This document shows, one piece after another, positions 57,901 to 64,000 of a stretch of 64,000 nucleotides of DNA. The stretch is taken from sequence record PQ863256.1; one strand, given 5' to 3'. Below the pieces are notes generated by a model. It was given only the letters and a program-made list of their open reading frames with translations. It ran no database searches and was not told the DNA's origin. Within the stretch, counting starts at the first letter, position 1. Each line of letters opens with the position of its first letter. The DNA comes from Escherichia phage Ptacy1479. Made by a program: the position numbers and the translations under genes.

Positions 57901-58800
57901 TTATGCCGCCTGACGTGCCGCCATAATTTCAGCCGCTTTACGCAACACTTCTTCCTCTTCTTCTTTCGCAGCTTGTTCGGTACGGGTAGCAACCGTTGAA
58001 GAGATACGACCGCGCAGGCTTTCTAACTTCTCCTGCATAGCTGCAACAGCCTTTTCCATTTCATCAGCGTATGAATCGAGGGATTCTAATTCCTTGCTTG
58101 ATGCGTTCATCAGATAATCATCAGAGATCGCTACCGTTGAGGCCGTGACTTTCTTGATGAGTGAATCAAAGGATTTTTTAACCTTCCCTACTTCTTCACT
58201 AAGGGCGATAGTGTTGTCGCTGGTAGCGCCATTGCGCTCATCAGCCAGTAATTTGGCTTCAATACGGATTGCGTTCAAGCGTTCAACCAAAGCGTAAATA
58301 TCTTGGTTAAAATCTTCCTTGTTTTTCGCCGGAATTTGCAGGTGTGCCGCCACGTTGTCATTACAACCCTTATAAAAGTTAGGGTTATCGACTTCAATTT
58401 CACGGCCTAAAGCAAAGTTTTCGAAAGCGTTTGACCAGCGAGCGCGGTTTTGTTCCATTTTAGCCTTGATTTGCGCTTCTTTCGCGTCTTCTTTAGCTTT
58501 CGCCTCACCTTCCAGATTAATCCACTTTTTACGACCGTTCGCCGCATCAGTGTTAAACTTGATAGGAGTTAAGAAAGTAATTGCAGTGGCAATAACATCC
58601 ATATCACGGAAACGTTCAGTTAACAAGAAGTCAACCGCCGCCTGCAATACGTCCAGCTTCTTACCATTACTGCGGAAGTGCTGTAAGTGCCCTAACAGGA
58701 AGTTAGAAACATCTTGTTTGATCGCCGCGTTATTACTGCGAATGTTGTTAGCCAGAGCATTAAAACCGGATTCGTTAACCAGAGTAAAGATTTTAGCCAT
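57901..58800 (-). CDS. hypothetical protein, first gene downstream of the long ORF-free region
   Basis: Start at ATG 58800 with AAAGGTGA RBS; about 300 aa with coiled-coil acidic C-terminus. Confidence 0.45.
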   Translation of the reverse strand: MAKIFTLVNESGFNALANNIRSNNAAIKQDVSNFLLGHLQHFRSNGKKLDVLQAAVDFLLTERFRDMDVIATAITFLTPIKFNTDAANGRKKWINLEGEAKAKEDAKEAQIKAKMEQNRARWSNAFENFALGREIEVDNPNFYKGCNDNVAAHLQIPAKNKEDFNQDIYALVERLNAIRIEAKLLADERNGATSDNTIALSEEVGKVKKSFDSLIKKVTASTVAISDDYLMNASSKELESLDSYADEMEKAVAAMQEKLESLRGRISSTVATRTEQAAKEEEEEVLRKAAEIMAARQAA

Positions 58801-59623
58801 GATATTCACCTTTCAATTGTAAGGGCGCTATTGCCCCGCTCTCTATGAGCTTGCTTAAGTCACTATTAACTTAACTCTAACCACTCACTATTAAGTAGTT
58901 ATAGGTAAGTGGGGCGGTCTTATCAGGAGTTAACCTTGCCGCCCCCTTATCCGTGATGTTTCATCTGGTATCTTTAATTAGTCGCTATAAACGAAGCCGA
59001 CCTGATAGCGATGATCAATCATCACAATAAGGCTATGCGTCCGACTCTAATTAGTTACGTTTATTGTAACCGTCGGCAATATCGTCTACTTTGTTTTCGC
59101 TCCCGCCTATCCTTTGTGCCAACTCCTAACCGCTAACCATCGCCCACTACGGGAGGTTATTGCGGAAAGGTCATTGACCGCCTAGTATTCCGGCGTTTTA
59201 TATCTTTCAGCAGGTTTACTACATAACCCGACTATGTACATTCCGATACTCTGGACTCTCAAGCCGTTCACATCGTAAACGTTCGCATTAAACCTTATTG
59301 TTAAATAGCAATTTGCCACTTTTTAACCACTCCCCGCCGCTCTCAATTGAGCGTTATTTCTTCGGGCTTGCCTACCCTGATTAACTTCTTTCACTGTAGC
59401 GCCTTGTTAGCGATGACCGCCGCTACCCTTAACCGTGGGCGATTAGCTTAAGTCTTTGCGTGCACTCAATGAATCCGTTTATCAGTGGTGACGTTTCCAG
59501 TAAGGGATTGTAAGGCTGTTTTCTCTGATAGTTTAGAGAGTCTTACACCGTTTTATCTGGTATGTTATCCGATGGTTATTATCATCTAACATATTCAACC
59601 GATATAGGAGAATGTTTAAATTA

Positions 59624-59634
59624 TTAAAGAGCGG
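59624..59634 (+). repeat. TTAAAGAGCGG repeat copy 1
   Basis: Exact 11-mer shared with the copies at 59859 and 60171. Confidence 0.5.
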
Positions 59635-59858
59635 TAAATCTATCAGCGTGCTTTCTCACGCTATGCAACTGTTAGCCGTTGTTGCGCTTTTCACTGAAGC
59701 GGTGATTTGCTTAGTGAGTGCTCATTATGAATCATGTTGTTTTCGCTGTCAACCACTTTTTTAATCTTTTTTCGTCGTTCCCGCTATTGGGAGGATATAT
59801 CAATCAGCTTTATTTGATTGAGGATTAAGCGGTGAGGCTTAACTTATGATTCATATTG

Positions 59859-59869
59859 TTAAAGAGCGG
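59859..59869 (+). repeat. TTAAAGAGCGG repeat copy 2
   Basis: Exact 11-mer. Confidence 0.5.
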
Positions 59870-60170
59870 TTACTACATTCACAGCTTAACACATCGTGTT
59901 AGCTTGTCAAACTCTTTTTATCATCTTCTTTTATTCCGTTCCCTTATCTCGCGTGAATCTTTGCGAAAGGGCAAGATGATAAGTCTGATTTATCTCTCAG
60001 GAATCTAGTGCGCTTTCAAGCGTTGACCATTTGAAAGTATCGAACAAATGAGGCTTATTTTGTTGCTCATCATCCGCCTGTTTCACGTATGAATCAGGAA
60101 TCAATTCTAGCGGTCAACTAAGCGCCTTATAGTAATGACATTAACGCCACCTGTAAGACAAATCATGTTT

Positions 60171-60181
60171 TTAAAGAGCGG
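60171..60181 (+). repeat. TTAAAGAGCGG repeat copy 3
   Basis: Exact 11-mer preceded by T-run. Confidence 0.5.
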
Positions 60182-60278
60182 GATTTTTCAAGTCATCGCT
60201 GACTTTGCTCATTATGTATCAGGCTTTTTTCGGTGTCAATACTCTTTTTAAGAATATTTTCACTTTCTAGCCTGATTT

Positions 60279-60288
60279 TTAAAGAGCG
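60279..60288 (+). repeat. TTAAAGAGCG repeat copy 4
   Basis: 10-mer core preceded by T-run. Confidence 0.5.
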
Positions 60289-60745
60289 TAGCACTTTCAT
60301 TGTGCGTCTTACTGTCGGTATTCCTACCGCTCCCCGTTGAAGCCTTTTACCGTGATGCTAATCACCTATCGAGGAGTTTTTACTTCTTGTTGCTTACTGC
60401 TTACTACGGGATTCATATTAATATATAGGAAAATCTTGTCAATACCCTTTTTTCAAATTATTTTATATCTTACTGTTTTATAAAGGAATTTATTTTAGGG
60501 AGGATAGGAACTACAAAGAAATCAGGGGATAGAGGAACGGGCGCGCGTGATACATCATAAGAAACGGCTTGTAAAGCAATAATAAGCGGCCTATAACGCA
60601 TCACAACGAGCTAAAGGGGAGTAAGGCATACAATCACCCTATAAAATAGAAAAGCCTCGCATAGAGGCTTATAGGAAGGATTAGAGAATCAGATAGATTA
60701 TGACCATAGGCATGACTACGGCACAATAAAGAAGAAAGAGTAAGC

Positions 60746-61111
60746 CTAAGGATTTACACATTGACCGTTACCGGATTCTACTTCGTTCATGGACTCATCA
60801 AAGAGTGTCAACGATGAGCGCATCAAGTGATCCACCGTGATTTGTTTACCAGTGGATTCATTTACCAACTGTATAGTTTTATCGTATGATTGCACATAAT
60901 CGAAATCATTTACATGCAAAATAATAACCTTAGGTGACTTTTTACCAGTCGAATAGTTTTCTATCAAATAGGTACACTGTAAACCTTCCACCGTAGCAGG
61001 GGAGAATGTTGCAGCTTTAACGCTACCCATAGCCGATAGCAGGACACCTAACAGAAGAATGACCAGAAAGAAGCCTACAACCGTTTTAACGACGAATTTA
61101 ATAAACCACAT
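60746..61111 (-). CDS. membrane-anchored (signal-anchor) protein
   Basis: N-terminal TM VVGFFLVILLLGVLLSAMG then soluble domain. Confidence 0.4.
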   Translation of the reverse strand: MWFIKFVVKTVVGFFLVILLLGVLLSAMGSVKAATFSPATVEGLQCTYLIENYSTGKKSPKVIILHVNDFDYVQSYDKTIQLVNESTGKQITVDHLMRSSLTLFDESMNEVESGNGQCVNP

Positions 61112-61215
61112 AGCAATAAACCTTTTTAATTAAAGAATGTAAGAATAAAGCATATCAGCGACGAATAACGCCACTGTAACAACGAACAAGCAACGCCAAA
61201 AATAATCATGAATCA

Positions 61216-61506
61216 TTAGTTGCCCTTACCTTTAAATAGTGCTACCCTAAGCAGTTCAACTTCTTCCAGCGATAAGAGAATCCGACGTTGCGCCAAATAC
61301 TGACCAGCTAGGATGGTATCCATGATTAAAGCAACAGCGGGAAAACTCACCGTTTTAATATTATCGCCGACAATAAACAAGATTAAGCACTTGTCGGAAT
61401 CGTCAGTATATGAGAAATCGATCTCACCATAATTATGAGTCGGTATAGTAAAGCTATGCTCTTTAGCCATTAGACCAATCCTTATTGTATTTAAGCATAG
61501 ACACAC
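61216..61506 (-). CDS. hypothetical protein
   Basis: 96 aa ORF. Confidence 0.3.
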   Translation of the reverse strand: MCLCLNTIRIGLMAKEHSFTIPTHNYGEIDFSYTDDSDKCLILFIVGDNIKTVSFPAVALIMDTILAGQYLAQRRILLSLEEVELLRVALFKGKGN

Positions 61507-61687
61507 ACTCAGGGCCGGACAAAGTGCCGCCTAAGTAAGTAACCGTCATTCGTGCGCTAAACTCTGAAAGATTGCACAATACGGCAAGGGGTACGCGACT
61601 TTCACCGTGACTACTTGCAACTAACACAACATTATCAAAGATGGTTACGCTATCATTAACAAGGATGTTATTCCCCATTGGTATCAT
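61463..61687 (-). CDS. hypothetical protein
   Basis: 74 aa ORF. Confidence 0.3.
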   Translation of the reverse strand: MIPMGNNILVNDSVTIFDNVVLVASSHGESRVPLAVLCNLSEFSARMTVTYLGGTLSGPECVSMLKYNKDWSNG

Positions 61688-61934
61688 CCTTAATTAGTCC
61701 ATGATTGAGCAGGTTAGCCAGTGATAATCCACCGTCAAAATAAACAGAACGAAAATCTGCGCGGGTAATTTCAAGGCCAGCAAACTTTAACCAGTTTTTA
61801 GCCGATTGAAAATCCATTTTGCAAAAAGTAATGATAGGAACAGTAAGCTGACCATCAAGCGTATTAAACATGATAGCGGTATCGCCAATAAAACAAGAAA
61901 AGCCACTAGATAATCTAATTTCTTTAATAGCCAT
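61668..61934 (-). CDS. hypothetical protein
   Basis: 88 aa ORF. Confidence 0.3.
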   Translation of the reverse strand: MAIKEIRLSSGFSCFIGDTAIMFNTLDGQLTVPIITFCKMDFQSAKNWLKFAGLEITRADFRSVYFDGGLSLANLLNHGLIKDDTNGE

Positions 61935-61970
61935 TATTTATACTCCCAAAAGATTGGCAAATTAATTTAT

Positions 61971-62843
61971 TCACTTACTAGCCTTAATACAGTTGGCTAA
62001 ATTAACGTGAACGGTATAAACAGCATTATCAGCGTTATTATAAACAGTTGTGGCGATCATCGACTCATTGACCGGACCGTAACTCACTAGATTCGTTACA
62101 GCTTTAACGTCTTCATAACGTTGTACAGTGCCAAATGTCACCATATCCGCATCGTTATCGGTACGCTTAAGCACCAAATCATTGTTAGGCTGACCGTCTA
62201 ACGTTTTAGATTGAAAGAGAACGCCATCATTAGTAACGTTGCTAAATTTCATCTTTAGCACGATGGAAGTGTCATCACTATCAGCACCGTTACAAATCAT
62301 CCAACCTTTATTGATGGAACTAGAGAAGACACTAGCCGCATCAGTTGCAGGAGCAGGACTAGCAACAGCCTTATCAGAAAGAGATGTGACCAGTGCACTA
62401 ACACCGATGGCTGCAACCAGTGCATAACTAGCCAGATTGACAGACTTCATTATCTTACTTGCAACAGTAGGCTTGATTGGCTGTTTCTTAGTTTTCTTGT
62501 TCCATGCTTCAACCATGACAGACAAGCGGGATAATTCAGCTTTCACATCGCGGCACGACTCGGGCCAATCCTTCTGATTCCAGCTATCTAAATTTGCCTG
62601 AATGTAACAATTGATAGCGTCCTGCATATCGGTAAAGCCATTCTCTTTGAACGTGCTTTCATCTTCACACTGTAAAGCGTTCGCAGTAGAGTTAATGATC
62701 AAGCAAGCCAACATAACGGAATTTTTGAATCCTTTACGTGCGCTTTCGTTTTCCATCCACGCAATAGGACTACCAACAGTTAAGCCCAAAGAGGAAAGAC
62801 TTTCGTTTGCTTTGTTCAAGTGGTTAATCGCTACTTTTGACAT
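61971..62843 (-). CDS. bitopic membrane protein, first gene of the - strand block
   Basis: 290 aa with central TM LASYALVAAIGVSALVTSL. Confidence 0.4.
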   Translation of the reverse strand: MSKVAINHLNKANESLSSLGLTVGSPIAWMENESARKGFKNSVMLACLIINSTANALQCEDESTFKENGFTDMQDAINCYIQANLDSWNQKDWPESCRDVKAELSRLSVMVEAWNKKTKKQPIKPTVASKIMKSVNLASYALVAAIGVSALVTSLSDKAVASPAPATDAASVFSSSINKGWMICNGADSDDTSIVLKMKFSNVTNDGVLFQSKTLDGQPNNDLVLKRTDNDADMVTFGTVQRYEDVKAVTNLVSYGPVNESMIATTVYNNADNAVYTVHVNLANCIKASK

Positions 62844-63626
62844 TTTGTTAATCCTTTTGGTTGATGAAAAACTACAAACTACACTCGCAACTATATATTA
62901 AAGGAAAAAGCTGTCAACCATTTATTTTCTAACTTTCTTGCATCTTACTGAAAACTAAAGGAATTTAATTTACTAAACTTCCCATACTCAGAGAATCAGC
63001 TTACTGACTATTGTTACTTTATAACACTAATCCTACGGGTAGCAGACCAACATACCAGGGCAAACGGGGATACAACAACCGCAGAACAGACCACGGGGAA
63101 ACATGCCAGATAGTGCGGTAATAATATACCACTTAAATAATTAGTTAACTATTAATGACTCAAACATCAAATACCCTTCGCTTACGCTCAGGTACGCTGA
63201 AAAAGAAAGTAATAAAAGAAACAATAAACATCAAACATAATCTTTCCACTTGATTAATACATATATCATTATTGCACTCATAATCATTACTATTGAAACT
63301 ATTTACAATCAAACTATGGGGGAAGTGGGCTATTACTTATGGGTATTATTAGACCTGTTATTATCACGCCTTAACAGAGTCTAGCCTTTCTCTCACTCTT
63401 TAAAGGGGTACTAAATAAACGGGTAGCTAATGAATAGGATGTTATACACGGGGAAAGAATAACGGGGAGTAGGCACGGGGAAAGGTGGAACGTTGAAAGG
63501 GAAGGTAAAGGCATTGCCAATAACCCTTTTTTAAATGAGGACTCCCCCTTTTTAGGAAACACGCGGGAAGCGGCTAGCCCCACTCGGTCAAATCAGAATT
63601 TTAAACTGTTATATATAAGGTTGAAT
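62844..63626. other. divergent intergenic region with G-rich ACGGGGA iteron-like repeats
   Basis: About 0.8 kb without ORFs, between - strand gene 61971..62843 and + strand genes from 63627; ACGGGGA at 63064, 63093, 63448, 63462, 63475. Confidence 0.5.
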
Positions 63627-63773
63627 ATGAATCTCGATACTAAAGAGTTTATTAAAATTGCAATAGAAGATAATCTAAAGAAGCTCGGTGATATTTCTTT
63701 ATCAGATAGAGAACGAGTGGAAGCAGCTAACATGCTAGTGTTACTAACTAAAGCATTACGGGAGTTGGAATGA
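63627..63773 (+). CDS. small hypothetical protein
   Basis: 48 aa ORF with AAGG RBS. Confidence 0.3.
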   Translation: MNLDTKEFIKIAIEDNLKKLGDISLSDRERVEAANMLVLLTKALRELE

Positions 63774-63931
63774 ATCTAATTAAAGTATTTAGACGGATGA
63801 AATGTAAACATGATTACTATCTTCTTCGTAAAGCTTACGGGGATGAAAGAATACACGGTCTTTACCTGTCAACATGGAAGTGTAAGGAATGTGGTAAGCT
63901 ACGGTTTAGTGAATGGATGGACAGGCCATAA
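63770..63931 (+). CDS. small zinc-ribbon-like protein
   Basis: 53 aa ORF with CKHD...CKECG; ATGA overlap with upstream gene. Confidence 0.3.
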   Translation: MNLIKVFRRMKCKHDYYLLRKAYGDERIHGLYLSTWKCKECGKLRFSEWMDRP

Positions 63932-64000
63932 TGGAATGGATATTCTGGTTAGTAATAATCTTCTCCTTATTCATCTGCTTCTCTATAGCAAGATGTATCA
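63931..64000 (+). CDS. small hydrophobic protein (3' truncated by window end)
   Basis: Starts MEWIFWLVIIFSLFICFSIARCI; TAATG overlap with previous gene. Confidence 0.25.
   Translation, partial: MEWIFWLVIIFSLFICFSIARCI

Larger units (their letters stand above)
58810..60745. other. 1.9 kb region with no ORF of 60 aa or more on either strand, containing dispersed repeats
   Basis: No six-frame ORFs listed; four copies of TTAAAGAGCG(G) and several palindromes. Confidence 0.6.

Noticed and set aside
59624-60288. CRISPR array interpretation of the TTAAAGAGCG repeats
   Set aside because: The repeats are only 10-11 bp, irregularly spaced (235, 312 and 108 bp) and lack the size and periodicity of CRISPR repeats.

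Overview
This 64 kb window reads as a virulent tailed-phage genome segment; no integrase, repressor or att-like features were seen. Positions 1-15.7 kb (+ strand) carry a lysis/virion module: a GH24 lysozyme, tail-fibre-like proteins, an Ig-repeat protein, a lytic-transglycosylase virion protein and large low-complexity ejection-type proteins. It ends at a bidirectional terminator. Positions 16-62.8 kb are transcribed on the - strand and encode replication and nucleotide-metabolism genes: T7-type primase-helicase, a family-A DNA polymerase split into separate exonuclease and polymerase genes about 9.5 kb apart, 5'-3' exonuclease, SSB-like protein, ThyX, dCTP deaminase-like, thioredoxin-like, PhoH-like, a CCA-adding-type nucleotidyltransferase, a sigma-70-family factor, an embedded Rz/Rz1-like spanin pair, one tRNA-Arg(UCU) and two HNH endonucleases. 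The most unusual content is a - strand island (37.4-46.8 kb) with a gamma-glutamyl-cyclotransferase-like protein, an ATP-grasp ligase, a PurF-type class-II glutamine amidotransferase whose catalytic Cys sits two codons after an in-frame TAG, a COOH-NH2 amidoligase and four unknown proteins. Also notable are about eleven diverged copies of an ~80 aa protein family, a recurring TAATGTATA promoter-like motif, and two ORF-poor repeat-bearing regions (58.8-60.7 kb and 62.8-63.6 kb). The gene content resembles phiEco32-like (Kuravirus) podophages, but that is from memory, not a search. All calls rest on reading the ORF translations and sequence by eye; no database search was run.
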